64,000 nucleotides of DNA, taken from Polyangiales bacterium. Its GTDB lineage: Bacteria; Myxococcota_A; Polyangia; Polyangiales; Houyiibacteriaceae. This document shows, piece after piece, positions 8,859 to 18,711 of the stretch; the stretch's first letter is position 1, and the number at the start of each line of letters is the position of its first letter. The notes under the pieces were generated by a model. It was given only the letters and a program-made list of their open reading frames with translations. It searched no databases and was not told where the DNA came from. The position numbers and the translations under genes were made by a program. The stretch is from NCBI GenBank assembly GCA_041576815.1, contig JBFGKE010000001.1, positions 147,708-211,707 on the forward strand, in the 5' to 3' direction.

Positions 8859-11800
8859 ATGCCCGTGATCGATCGAACCCTGATTCCCGACTCCGCCGTT
8901 GCCGTCATCGGCATCGGCTGCTGGTACCCAGACGCGCCGAACCCATCGCGGCTCTGGGAGAACGTGCTGGCTCGTCGACTCGCGTTTCGTCGCCTCCCTG
9001 CTCAGCGTCTTCCGCTCGAGGCATACCACGACCCCGATTTTCGAACGCCGGACAAAACGTACGGACGCAAAGCCGCCGTCATCGATGGCTTCGAGTTCGA
9101 TTGGAAGAGGAGACGCATTCCGAAAAGCACGTTCGAAGGCACGGACATCGCCCATTGGCTTGCGCTCGAGGTCGCGCTTCAGGCGCTGTGGGACTCCGGG
9201 TATGGGCGGGGGACGCTGCCAAGAGAGCGCACGGGTGTGATTGTCGGCAATACGTTGACCGGCGAGCAGAGTCGCTCCACCAATTTGCGGATGCGGTGGC
9301 CGTTCGTCGAGCGTGCGATCCGTGCCGCTGCCAATCACGAGGGCATGAGCGTGCGCGCCACCAGTGATTTGATCGATTCCACGCGTTCGTACTTCAAGTC
9401 CGTCTTTCCGGCGGTCGACGAAGACACGCTTGCCGGGTCCCTTTCCAACACCATTGCGGGCCGGATCTGCAACTTCCTCGACCTTCAAGGAGGCGGGTAC
9501 ACCGTCGACGGGGCATGTGCGTCGTCGCTGCTGGCCGTGACCAACGCGGCCAACGTGCTGAGGAACGGCGACCTCGACGTGGCGCTCGTTGGTGGTGTCG
9601 ACATCAGCCTCGACCCGTTCGAGCTCGTGGGCTTTGCCAAAGTGGGCGCGCTGAGCCCGACGCAGATGCGGGTCTACGACCGCGCCGCGAACGGTTTCGT
9701 GCCGGGGGAGGGCTGCGGCTTCGTCGTCCTCAAGCGCCTCGAGGATGCGCGTGCGGATGGGGACTACATCTATGCGACGCTCCGCGGTTGGGGTGTGTCT
9801 TCGGACGGCGCGGGCGGGATCACCGCCCCGAGCGTCGCCGGCCAGGCGCTTGCGATTCGGCGTGCGTACAAGCGCGCGGGTTACTCCCCCGAGCTCCTCG
9901 ATTTCGTCGAGGGACACGGCACCGGCACCCCGGCGGGCGACCCGGTGGAGCTCAAGGCGATCGCGAGCGCGATGGAAGCGTACGGCGTGCGGAATCCGCG
10001 TCGGTGCGGCGTCACCTCCTTCAAGTCCATCGTCGGGCACACCAAGGCGGCTGCCGGCATCGGAGGTTTCATCAAGGCCGTCATGGCGGTGAATCGCCGG
10101 GTCATCCCGCCGACCTCTGGTTGCGTCGATCCCAGCGCGACCTTCGCAGACGACGCGCGCGTGCTCTACCCCGTGAAGACCGGGCACGTCGATTCGCCGG
10201 ACGAGGTCGTTCGGGCAGGCGTTTCCGCGATGGGGTTTGGGGGCATCAATACGCACGTGACGATCGAGTCGTGCGACCCTCCTGCATCACGGCTCAGGCC
10301 CTCCCTCGACGAGGATGTGCTGCTCGCCTCTGCACAGGACACCGAGCTGTTCGTGATGTCGGCCGCCAGCGTCGATGCGCTCAAGAAGCGCGTCGAGCAA
10401 GTTGCGGCACGCGCGGACGGCACCAGCACGGGCGAGCTCGGCGATCTTGCTGCCGAGCTCTCGCGAGAAGCGGCTCCGGACGGCTTGGTTCGGACCGCGG
10501 TCATCGCTGGCGACCCGGATGAGCTCGAGGAGCGCCTTCAAGAGGTTCTCGACGTGCTGAACGCCGAGCCGCCGGGCGAGGGAACGGTCGTACGCTGTCC
10601 GCGCGCCCGGCATCGCGCTTGGCTTTCGAATGCGCCCCGGCGGCCCCGGGTGGGGTTTCTTTTCCCGGGGCAGGGCTCGCAGCAGCTCGGCATGGCGCGT
10701 CGGCTCGTGCGACGCTTCGATTGGGCCAAGCGGTTCGCAGAGCAGACCGATGTGTGGCTGGCCGAGCTCGGGTGCGAGCCCGTGACCCCGTTGGTGTTCC
10801 GGCCCGTGGAGCGCGCACACGACCAAGAGCAGGTGCGTGACTGGGCACGGACGCTCCGCCAAACCGAACACGCCCAACCCGCCATCTGTTTCGCGAGCGC
10901 GCTGTGGTTGAAGTACCTCGCGAGACTGGGGGTGACCCCTGACTTCGTGGGCGGTCACAGCTTGGGGGAGCTGAGCGCGTTTCATGCAGCCGGCGCGCTC
11001 GACGAGCGCGCACTCCTTCAACTGGCGGCGACGCGCGGCAAGATCATGGCAGGCGCGAGCGCCTCGGGAACGATGGCAAATCTCTCGTGTACGCGCCAAG
11101 AAGCCGAGGCCCTGATCGCCGAGGTCTCCGGATACGCGACGATTGCAAACCTGAATGCATCCGATCAAACCGTCGTCTCGGGCGACCGCGAGGCGGTGGA
11201 GCAGATCGTCGAGCTGGCCAAGAAGCGCGCGATGGCCGCAGCGCCGCTCGCGGTCTCCGCGGCGTTTCATTCGGCCCACTTTCACGAGGCTGCGTACGCG
11301 CTCCGGCAAGCGGACGGTGTGCCGGAGATCTCGAACCCGATGCATGTGCCTGCGATCAGCGCGATCGACGGCACCGAGATTCGCACGGGGGTTTCGATGC
11401 GAGATTACTTGGGGCGCCAGATGTGCGCCGAGGTCGACTTCGTGAGGCTGGTGCGCGCGATGGACGAACGCTGCGACCTCCTCCTCGAGGTCGGGCCCGG
11501 GCGCGCTCTGAGCGGCCTCGTCAAACGGATCATCGACGACGAGCGTTTGAGCTGCTTCCCCCTCGAATCGCGGCCCGACAAGGATGAAGACCTCCACGTC
11601 GCCATTGCGGCGCTTTTCGTCGGCGGTCGGCGTCTTCGACTCGATGCGCTCTACGAGGGCCGTCTCAGCAGGCCGTTCATCCCGGCATCTCGAAGAAAAT
11701 TCATCGAGAACCCGTGCGAGCGTCCCTTCGTCGACGAAATTGCGGCTCGAGTCACGACGAGCGCCTCCCATCAGCCAGCGCTCTCAGTTCTGCCGCAGGC

Positions 11801-14800
11801 AGGGTCCGACGAGCACGCCAGGGAGGCGGAGCCACCACATCGCAGCGTCATCGAATCCCAGATCGTCACGAAGCCCTCCGTGCACGGCGCCGTTCTCGCA
11901 TCGGTGGAGGCGCAAACGGGGTTCCCGATCGAGACTCTGACCCTCGACCTCAGGCTCGTGGATGACCTTCACCTCGATTCGATCAAGACCGTGGAGCTGG
12001 TCTCCGAGGTCGCTGACCAGCTCAAAATCGAGGTGGATTTCGACGCGGCGCAGTTTGCAGACGTGACGCTCGGAGAGTTGGTCGAGCGGATGGAGGCTCT
12101 GCAGACCGATTCCTCACCGGCGCCGGCTCTCGACTCGGTGGGCGCCGCGGGCGCGACGCGGAGCACGTCGGCGCGCGAACGGCCCTGGGTGGCGAATTTT
12201 GCGCTCGAGTGGAAGGAATCCACGTTGCCCCCAGCGCCGGAGTACAACGATCTGAAGACGGGGCGCGCTCTCTTGGTGGCGCCCGACCCTTCTGATGGTC
12301 TCGTCACGGATCTCGCAAGGGAGCTCGGCAAGCGGGGCGTCGACGTGATCGTGTCGGGGTCCAGGCTGGACTCCGACGGGGACGCGCCCGTGGATCACCT
12401 GCTGGTCGTGAGCCCGGACGCGAGCGCTTCGGACGACGTTGCGGCATTGCACGAGGTCGTCGAGCTCTACACGGGCGCCGCGCGTCTGCTGCCATCGACG
12501 GGAGCGCGCCACGGAGGCGCCTCGTGCGTGGCGTGGATTCGAGCGCGCTCATCCGAGCCGCAGGCGAACGGCCACGCCGACTGGGCGGCAGATGCGTTCG
12601 CCGCCACGGTTCACCTCGAGCGAAGGCAGCTTCGCGTTCGTTCGCTCGACTTCGCCGGCGCCGACCTTCAACCCGGTCGCATCGCGGAGGCCCTTGTCGA
12701 AGAGCTCGCGGGCGACGGGACGTTCGAAGCGGCGCGCTATGACCGCGCGGGGCGACGCTCGGTGGGAGTGCCCACGCTTCAGTCCCGAACGGCGTACAAA
12801 CGCCGAACCACGGCCATATGCGCGGACGACGTCGTGCTGGTCACGGGCGGAGCCAAGGGAATCACCGCAGAATGTGCTCTTGCGCTCGGGCGCGAGACAA
12901 GGGCCACGATGGTTCTCGTGGGCAGCTCGGCGGCGCCCGAGGACGCTGCCGAGCCCGACCCGGGGAACGAGATCGGTGCGACCTTGGCGAGGTTCCGAGC
13001 GGAGGGGCTCCGGTGCCACTATCGCCAGTGCAATCTGGCGGTGCGCGACCAGGTGAACCGCCTCGTCGCGGGCGTGCAGCGCGACTTCGGCTCGCTCGAT
13101 GCGGTCGTCCACGGCGCCGGGCTCAATCGGCCGCGTCCGGTCGAGGAGCCTGACGCCGCGGAAGTCCTCTCCGAGATCGAACCGAAGCTCGCGGGAGCGC
13201 TTCATCTCTTCGAGGCGCTCGATTCGGCGCCTCCCAAGATGTTCGTCGCCCTCACCTCGATCATCGGCGTGGTGGGAATGCCGCGCAATGCCTGGTACGG
13301 CTTTTCAAACCAAGCTCTGGACCGCAGCCTCGAGCGCTTTGCGGCTCGCCATCCGTCCGTCGAGACCCTGTCCGTGGCGTACAGCGTCTGGGACGAAGTC
13401 GGCATGGGCGCGAAGCTCGGAAGCATCGAAAGGCTCGCGAAGCTCGGCATCGACGCGATCCCGGTGGAGGAAGGGGCCGCGCGTTTTCTGGAGCTCGTGG
13501 TGCGTGACCCGGGAACGCGCGAGGTCATCGTGGCCGCACGTTTGGGCGGCCTCGATACGTGGCGTCCCGCGCTGCCGCCGCTGCCGCGGGCCCACCGCTT
13601 CATCGACCAGATCGTGAGGCTCGAGCCGGGGCGTGAGCTCGTCTGTCGGACCAAGCTCGACGTCGAGCGAGACCCATATGTCGAGGATCACGTGTATGAG
13701 GGCGCCCGTCTCTTGCCGGCGGTGTTCGGCATCGAAGCGATGGCCGAGGCCGTCGCACACGTCACCGGTCGACCCGAGCTCCCTTTCCCGCTTTGGCTCG
13801 AGGACGTCGAGCTAAGGCGGCCGCTCGTCGTTCATCCGGAACGTGGGCTGCTGATCGAGATTCGCGCGCGAGTCGACGACGGTGACTTGTTCGAGTCGGC
13901 GCCACAGCGGATTCGCGCAGAGGTCCGCTGCCAACAGACGGGGTTCGCGAGCGCTCACTTTTCAGCATGTTTCGTTCTCGGCGCCGACACGAAAACGGGC
14001 GCGCGGTTTTTCGAGATGCCGGCCGAAGCTTTGCCCATTCGACCGCGCCAGCATCTGTATGGCTCCGTTCTCTTCCAGGGCCCGCGGTTTCAGCGAATCG
14101 AGAAGGTCTTCGCGCTCGACGCGCAGAGATGTGTCTTCGCCGCGGAGCGGGACCCGACACGCGAGAGCTGGCTCCTCGGCGATCCGTATTTCCGGGACGC
14201 TCTGCTCCAGAGCCTGCAGCTTTGCGTCGTGCCGGATCAGTGCCTGCCGGTACGCGTCGATCGCTGGGAGATTCACGGCCAACCGGCAAAGAGGGAGAGG
14301 GGCCTCGCACGGGCCACGATCGACGGCCACGAAGACGACACGTACATCGGGACCGTGAATGCCGTCAGCGCAGACGGATCGCCGCTCGAGAGCCTCCTCG
14401 GCTACCGCGCACGCACGCTGTCCCAACGACAAGACTGGCCCCGCGCGGCCGAGCTCGCCTCGCGCGGTGCTGTCCCGGCCGTTCCGCTTCGCGTGATTCA
14501 CGGCGATGCCCTGGAAGACGACGTGCGCATCCAGGTGAATCGGCCCGAGCCATGGGACGGCGGGGTCTTTTATCGAGATGTGCCCGGCTACGGCCACGAA
14601 GGCCAAACGGCGTTTTTCTGTCGTTTTCCCTTGAGCGCGCAGGATTCCTCCTCGGTGAGCGGGTCACTGAACTTCACCAGCTACTTCCGGTGGGCGGGCA
14701 AGCTTCGGGAGTGGGGCGGGATGAACACCCCGGGCGTCTACGAGGGCATCCTCGAAATGCTCGGCTCGAACTCGGTGATGTCGGCGACGAACGAATGCGA

Positions 14801-15590
14801 GACTCGCATCTTCAAGGTGCCGAAGCGCAACGACTTCATCGAAGGCCGGTATTGGATGGAGTACGTCAACAAGGGCGACGCGGGAAACATCTTCGAGTGG
14901 TGGCGCATCCCTTTCCCGAGCGGCGAGCCCGAAATGATCGCGTGGACGAAGATGCGGATCTCGGCGGTCAAGTCGGTGCGCCACGGCGTCATCTCCGCCA
15001 CGGATTGGCCAGACTTCTTGTACCGGTTCTTGAAAGACATGGGAGACGATGCGCCCGAGCCCACGGTCGGCCCCGCGCTCGAGCTCGACCTCGGCGCCAC
15101 CCTGTTTGCCAAGGTGCCGGGGCCTCAGCCGGGCCCGCTCCTCGCCGAGCAAACCTACTCCACCGCAACAGAGGACTCCAACGTCGTCGGCAACATCTAC
15201 TTCGCGAACTACAGCGCGTGGCAAGGTCGACTGACGGACGGGTTCTTTCACTCCCTGGCGCCGCACCTCTTCGAAGAGCGCGGCACGCACGGAGAGCTCC
15301 ATCGTGCTCAGACCCGCATCAGCCAGCTCCGAGATGCGATGCCGTTCGACGAGGTTGGCGTTCTCATGCGTCTCGAGGAGCTTTACGAGCGCGGGGCGCG
15401 GTTGAGCTTCGAGTTTTTCCGGAAAGAGCCAGCCGGCGTCACCAAAATCGCCGCGGGGCGCAACCTCATCGCGTGGGCGACGCTCGAGCGCGGCGCAGCG
15501 CCTCGACCGTTGCCATGGCCGGAGGAGCTCCGCGACGCGCTTCTAGCAGCCACGGGACAAAGCGTGCGCATCTCGCAGGGCCATGTCTGA
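8859..15590 (+). CDS. Enediyne-type (PksE-like) iterative type I PKS: KS-AT-ACP-KR-DH-TE(hot-dog)-TE(hot-dog)
   Basis: KS: LWENVLARR, GNTLTGE, EDTLAGSLSNTIAGRICN, DGACASS, EGHGTGT, GHTKAAAG. AT: FPGQGSQ, GHSLGE, AFHS. ACP: DDLHLDSI. KR: VTGGAKGITAECA, YGFSN. DH: DHVYEGARLLP, DPYFRDA. C-terminal hot-dog motifs: TSYFRWAGKLRE and EDSNVVGNIYFANYSAWQGR. Confidence 0.9.
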   Translation: MPVIDRTLIPDSAVAVIGIGCWYPDAPNPSRLWENVLARRLAFRRLPAQRLPLEAYHDPDFRTPDKTYGRKAAVIDGFEFDWKRRRIPKSTFEGTDIAHWLALEVALQALWDSGYGRGTLPRERTGVIVGNTLTGEQSRSTNLRMRWPFVERAIRAAANHEGMSVRATSDLIDSTRSYFKSVFPAVDEDTLAGSLSNTIAGRICNFLDLQGGGYTVDGACASSLLAVTNAANVLRNGDLDVALVGGVDISLDPFELVGFAKVGALSPTQMRVYDRAANGFVPGEGCGFVVLKRLEDARADGDYIYATLRGWGVSSDGAGGITAPSVAGQALAIRRAYKRAGYSPELLDFVEGHGTGTPAGDPVELKAIASAMEAYGVRNPRRCGVTSFKSIVGHTKAAAGIGGFIKAVMAVNRRVIPPTSGCVDPSATFADDARVLYPVKTGHVDSPDEVVRAGVSAMGFGGINTHVTIESCDPPASRLRPSLDEDVLLASAQDTELFVMSAASVDALKKRVEQVAARADGTSTGELGDLAAELSREAAPDGLVRTAVIAGDPDELEERLQEVLDVLNAEPPGEGTVVRCPRARHRAWLSNAPRRPRVGFLFPGQGSQQLGMARRLVRRFDWAKRFAEQTDVWLAELGCEPVTPLVFRPVERAHDQEQVRDWARTLRQTEHAQPAICFASALWLKYLARLGVTPDFVGGHSLGELSAFHAAGALDERALLQLAATRGKIMAGASASGTMANLSCTRQEAEALIAEVSGYATIANLNASDQTVVSGDREAVEQIVELAKKRAMAAAPLAVSAAFHSAHFHEAAYALRQADGVPEISNPMHVPAISAIDGTEIRTGVSMRDYLGRQMCAEVDFVRLVRAMDERCDLLLEVGPGRALSGLVKRIIDDERLSCFPLESRPDKDEDLHVAIAALFVGGRRLRLDALYEGRLSRPFIPASRRKFIENPCERPFVDEIAARVTTSASHQPALSVLPQAGSDEHAREAEPPHRSVIESQIVTKPSVHGAVLASVEAQTGFPIETLTLDLRLVDDLHLDSIKTVELVSEVADQLKIEVDFDAAQFADVTLGELVERMEALQTDSSPAPALDSVGAAGATRSTSARERPWVANFALEWKESTLPPAPEYNDLKTGRALLVAPDPSDGLVTDLARELGKRGVDVIVSGSRLDSDGDAPVDHLLVVSPDASASDDVAALHEVVELYTGAARLLPSTGARHGGASCVAWIRARSSEPQANGHADWAADAFAATVHLERRQLRVRSLDFAGADLQPGRIAEALVEELAGDGTFEAARYDRAGRRSVGVPTLQSRTAYKRRTTAICADDVVLVTGGAKGITAECALALGRETRATMVLVGSSAAPEDAAEPDPGNEIGATLARFRAEGLRCHYRQCNLAVRDQVNRLVAGVQRDFGSLDAVVHGAGLNRPRPVEEPDAAEVLSEIEPKLAGALHLFEALDSAPPKMFVALTSIIGVVGMPRNAWYGFSNQALDRSLERFAARHPSVETLSVAYSVWDEVGMGAKLGSIERLAKLGIDAIPVEEGAARFLELVVRDPGTREVIVAARLGGLDTWRPALPPLPRAHRFIDQIVRLEPGRELVCRTKLDVERDPYVEDHVYEGARLLPAVFGIEAMAEAVAHVTGRPELPFPLWLEDVELRRPLVVHPERGLLIEIRARVDDGDLFESAPQRIRAEVRCQQTGFASAHFSACFVLGADTKTGARFFEMPAEALPIRPRQHLYGSVLFQGPRFQRIEKVFALDAQRCVFAAERDPTRESWLLGDPYFRDALLQSLQLCVVPDQCLPVRVDRWEIHGQPAKRERGLARATIDGHEDDTYIGTVNAVSADGSPLESLLGYRARTLSQRQDWPRAAELASRGAVPAVPLRVIHGDALEDDVRIQVNRPEPWDGGVFYRDVPGYGHEGQTAFFCRFPLSAQDSSSVSGSLNFTSYFRWAGKLREWGGMNTPGVYEGILEMLGSNSVMSATNECETRIFKVPKRNDFIEGRYWMEYVNKGDAGNIFEWWRIPFPSGEPEMIAWTKMRISAVKSVRHGVISATDWPDFLYRFLKDMGDDAPEPTVGPALELDLGATLFAKVPGPQPGPLLAEQTYSTATEDSNVVGNIYFANYSAWQGRLTDGFFHSLAPHLFEERGTHGELHRAQTRISQLRDAMPFDEVGVLMRLEELYERGARLSFEFFRKEPAGVTKIAAGRNLIAWATLERGAAPRPLPWPEELRDALLAATGQSVRISQGHV

Positions 15591-18279
15591 CGCAGCGAGT
15601 CGCATTTCAGGTCCAGCGACTTTCGACGAAGCGCGGCGGAAGACGAACATTCAGGGCCTGAAAGCGGCGACCCTCTCGGCGCTCGTCGTCGTGTCGTCTT
15701 TTGCGTGGGTGGAGTACTACCAGGTCCGAGAGCATTTCTGGCTTCTTCAAACGCTCCGCGGAGTTTGTCTGGCCGTGCTTGCGGTGATCGCGTTCGCGGC
15801 ATTCCGCGCGCGGCCATGGACGGTCCGTCACGTGGACGCTCTGACGATCGGTGCGTTCCTGGTCTGCGGTTGGTACAGCATCACGCTCATGCTGCTTCAC
15901 GATGGGTACAACTCCGAGTTCTTTCTCACGCTCGTCTTCATCATCGTAGGAGTAGGCGCGGTCACCCTTTGGCCGATCGAGACCGCGTTGGTCTACATGC
16001 TCCTCATCATCGTCTCCTATCTCGCGCCGCTCCTCTTCGGCCTCGCCGAGGTGAAGAAGGGGGACGTGTTCCCGATCCATCTCAGCTTCCTGCTCGGAAT
16101 GGCGATGATCAGTGTCGTCGCGCAACAGCTTCGCTACCGAATCGAGAGGCGGGAGTTTCTGACCAGCCGAAGCCTCGAGGAAACCAAGGCCTCTCTCGAG
16201 GTGGCGTACGACCGGCTCAAGGAGCTCGACCAGCTCAAAACCGACTTCTTTGCGAACGTTTCCCACGAGCTTCGAACGCCCCTTACGCTTTCGCTCGGGC
16301 CGCTGGAGTCGCTGCTGCGGGAACGACACCGGCCCGAGGTCGAAGAGCAGCTCGAAGGCCTCCGGCGAAACCAGCTCCGGCTGCTCCGCTTGATCAACCA
16401 GCTGCTCGATTTCGCGAAAGTGGAGTCCGGCAACGTCCAAGCGGAATTCGGCAAGGAGGACGTAGCCGCCTTGGCGCGCCGGCTGGTTGGCGATGTCGAA
16501 GGCGCTGCCGGAGCGAAAAGCCTCGAGATCGAGCTCGCCGTGCCGTCGGAGCCGGTGTGGCTTTACATCGATCGCGAAAAGCTCGAACAGACGCTCCTCA
16601 ACCTGCTCTCGAATGCCTTCAAGTTCACGCCAAAGGGCGGCCGCATCACCGTGAGGGTGAGGGAGCTCGATCAGGCGGTGGAGATCCGCGTGAGCGACAC
16701 AGGCATCGGGATCGACCCCGACAAGATCCACACGATTTTCGACCGGTTCGCCCAGGCGGACTCGTCCGAGACCCGCCGCTACGCGGGGACGGGGATCGGC
16801 CTTTCCCTGGTGAAGACCAACCTCGAGCTTCACGGCGGCACGGTCGACGTGCAGAGCGAGCCTGAGCGCGGCACGACGTTCATCCTCTCGATTCCTCGCG
16901 GCAAGGCGCACCTCCCCGACGCACACGTGTTCGAGCATTCGCGAACGCCGGCGGAGTCGGCCCTGAAAGCCGAGCAGCTCGTCGAGTTCGCGGCCGAGCC
17001 CCAGGAAGAGCCGGCCGACGCCCATGCGGCAGACCAAGCCCTGCGGCTCGATCAACTCGATGAAGACGAGGACGACCCCGTCTCCGTGGATTGGGTCAAC
17101 CGGCTCTTCGAAATCGACGATGACAAGCCCCGCGTGCTCGTCGTCGACGATGCCGCGGACATGCGGCGGTATCTATGCTCGATCCTCGAGCCCGATTACG
17201 AAATCAGAACTGCCAAGGATGGCGCCGAAGGCTTGCAGGAGGCCACACGCTGGGATCCCGACCTCGTCGTGTCCGACGTCATGATGCCGGTGATGTCGGG
17301 CTCCGAGCTGTGTCGGGCGATCAAGCGCGCAGGAGGGCGGCTCGCGCGCACACCGGTCATCCTCGTGACGGCGCGCGCCGAGGAGCAGTCCAAGCTGCGC
17401 GGGCTCGGATATGGGGCTGACGACTATCTCCTGAAGCCGTTTCTTCAGGACGAGCTCCTCCTTCGCGTGCGAAATCTCGTGACGAAGCGCCGTCAAGAGC
17501 GTGCGCTCTTCGACGCGCACCTCACGCTGCGCGCGCAGCACGACAACCTGCTTTCGGACCTCGAGCTCGCCCGCAACTTTCAGGAGAGCTTGCTTTCCAA
17601 GCTCGAGATGCCCGAGCCGCTCGACGCGCACGTGGAGTTCCACCCCGCGGACGTCGTGGGCGGCGATTTTTATCACCTCACGTCGCTCGGCCCGAGTCGT
17701 GTCCGGCTGTTCGTCGCGGACATGGTCGATCACGGGGTCAAGGCTGCCGTGCGGGCGGCGGCGGCGTGGCCGGAGTACACGAGCCTCGAGCATCCTGAGC
17801 TCGGCCCGGCCGACGTTCTGACGCGCCTCAACGATGTCGCCACCTCGAAGTATGCCGACCTGTCCGGGAGCTTTCTCTGTCTCGATCTGGACACCGCGGC
17901 CGGCGCACCGACCTCGGCTTGCTACGCCCAGGCCGGCGAAATGCCGTTCATCGTGATGGCCAACGGATCATTCGAGACACCCCCTCACACCGAAGGGTTC
18001 GTCGTCGGCTTGTTTCCCGGCATGAGCTACCAGTCGCGGGAGCTGAGCCTCACCCCCGGCACCCGTCTGTTTCTTTACTCCGATGGCCTGTACACTCAAC
18101 CTGACCACACGGGGCAGACCTTCCGTGAGGGGGGGTTGAAAGAGGCCTGGAGCATCGCGATGGGGCACACCGACATCCGAGCGGCAACCGAGGAGATCAT
18201 CGAATCGATGAAGCGGTTTCGCGGCATGACGGCGCAGCTCGACGACGTGACGCTGATCGGCATCGAGGTAGGGAAATAG
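15583..18279 (+). CDS. Membrane hybrid sensor: 6 TM helices - HisKA - HATPase - receiver - SpoIIE/PP2C phosphatase
   Basis: Six hydrophobic segments with short loops; H-box FFANVSHELRTPL; N-box NLLSNAFKFT; G-boxes SDTGIGI and GTGIGLSL; receiver VLVVDD...SDVMMP...LLKPF; PP2C ARNFQESLL, GGDFY, LYSDGL, DDVTLI. Overlaps the PKS stop by 8 nt. Confidence 0.9.
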   Translation: MSDAASRISGPATFDEARRKTNIQGLKAATLSALVVVSSFAWVEYYQVREHFWLLQTLRGVCLAVLAVIAFAAFRARPWTVRHVDALTIGAFLVCGWYSITLMLLHDGYNSEFFLTLVFIIVGVGAVTLWPIETALVYMLLIIVSYLAPLLFGLAEVKKGDVFPIHLSFLLGMAMISVVAQQLRYRIERREFLTSRSLEETKASLEVAYDRLKELDQLKTDFFANVSHELRTPLTLSLGPLESLLRERHRPEVEEQLEGLRRNQLRLLRLINQLLDFAKVESGNVQAEFGKEDVAALARRLVGDVEGAAGAKSLEIELAVPSEPVWLYIDREKLEQTLLNLLSNAFKFTPKGGRITVRVRELDQAVEIRVSDTGIGIDPDKIHTIFDRFAQADSSETRRYAGTGIGLSLVKTNLELHGGTVDVQSEPERGTTFILSIPRGKAHLPDAHVFEHSRTPAESALKAEQLVEFAAEPQEEPADAHAADQALRLDQLDEDEDDPVSVDWVNRLFEIDDDKPRVLVVDDAADMRRYLCSILEPDYEIRTAKDGAEGLQEATRWDPDLVVSDVMMPVMSGSELCRAIKRAGGRLARTPVILVTARAEEQSKLRGLGYGADDYLLKPFLQDELLLRVRNLVTKRRQERALFDAHLTLRAQHDNLLSDLELARNFQESLLSKLEMPEPLDAHVEFHPADVVGGDFYHLTSLGPSRVRLFVADMVDHGVKAAVRAAAAWPEYTSLEHPELGPADVLTRLNDVATSKYADLSGSFLCLDLDTAAGAPTSACYAQAGEMPFIVMANGSFETPPHTEGFVVGLFPGMSYQSRELSLTPGTRLFLYSDGLYTQPDHTGQTFREGGLKEAWSIAMGHTDIRAATEEIIESMKRFRGMTAQLDDVTLIGIEVGK

Positions 18280-18288
18280 AGCACACCG

Positions 18289-18711
18289 ATGGGACCTGCT
18301 GGAACATTCGAGTTGAAGGGCCATTCTCGACTCCAGATCGATCACCGGGTCGACGAGCATCACGAGCTCACGATCTGGTTCCAAGGAGATATGGTGGTGC
18401 GTCGGGGGACGCGTTTCGACCGATATCTCAGCCATTTGGAAGAACTGGCGGCGCTTGCCTGCGGGACCCCGGCAACCCACGTGCACTGCCACCTCGAGGA
18501 CCTCGGGGAGGCGCTTTCCCGTGCCCAGCACGCGATCTATCGAATGCTAAATGGCATGCGCGGACATGGAATCCCGATTACTATTTACGCGACGGGCGAA
18601 CGTCCAGAGCAATCGGAGCATCTGAAGATGTCCAAGCTCTTCGTGGAGGGGCTATCCAAGCAACCCGGGCCTCCGCTCGAGTTGGTGGAGATCAGGCGGC
18701 GAGCATCTTGA
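18289..18711 (+). CDS. STAS-like / SiaC- or Slr1659-like phospho-acceptor protein (putative)
   Basis: 140 aa; LTIWFQGD...VHCHLEDLGEALSRAQHAI...IPITIY aligns by eye with the STAS/SiaC topology; Ser77 sits at the anti-anti-sigma phosphorylation position. Context next to a PP2C and a kinase supports the call. Confidence 0.55.
   Translation: MGPAGTFELKGHSRLQIDHRVDEHHELTIWFQGDMVVRRGTRFDRYLSHLEELAALACGTPATHVHCHLEDLGEALSRAQHAIYRMLNGMRGHGIPITIYATGERPEQSEHLKMSKLFVEGLSKQPGPPLELVEIRRRAS

Noticed and set aside
8859-15590. Calling the locus an enediyne antibiotic cluster
   Set aside because: No E3/E4/E5, tailoring, apoprotein or resistance genes flank the PKS in this window; PksE-like synthase plus TE alone is insufficient.
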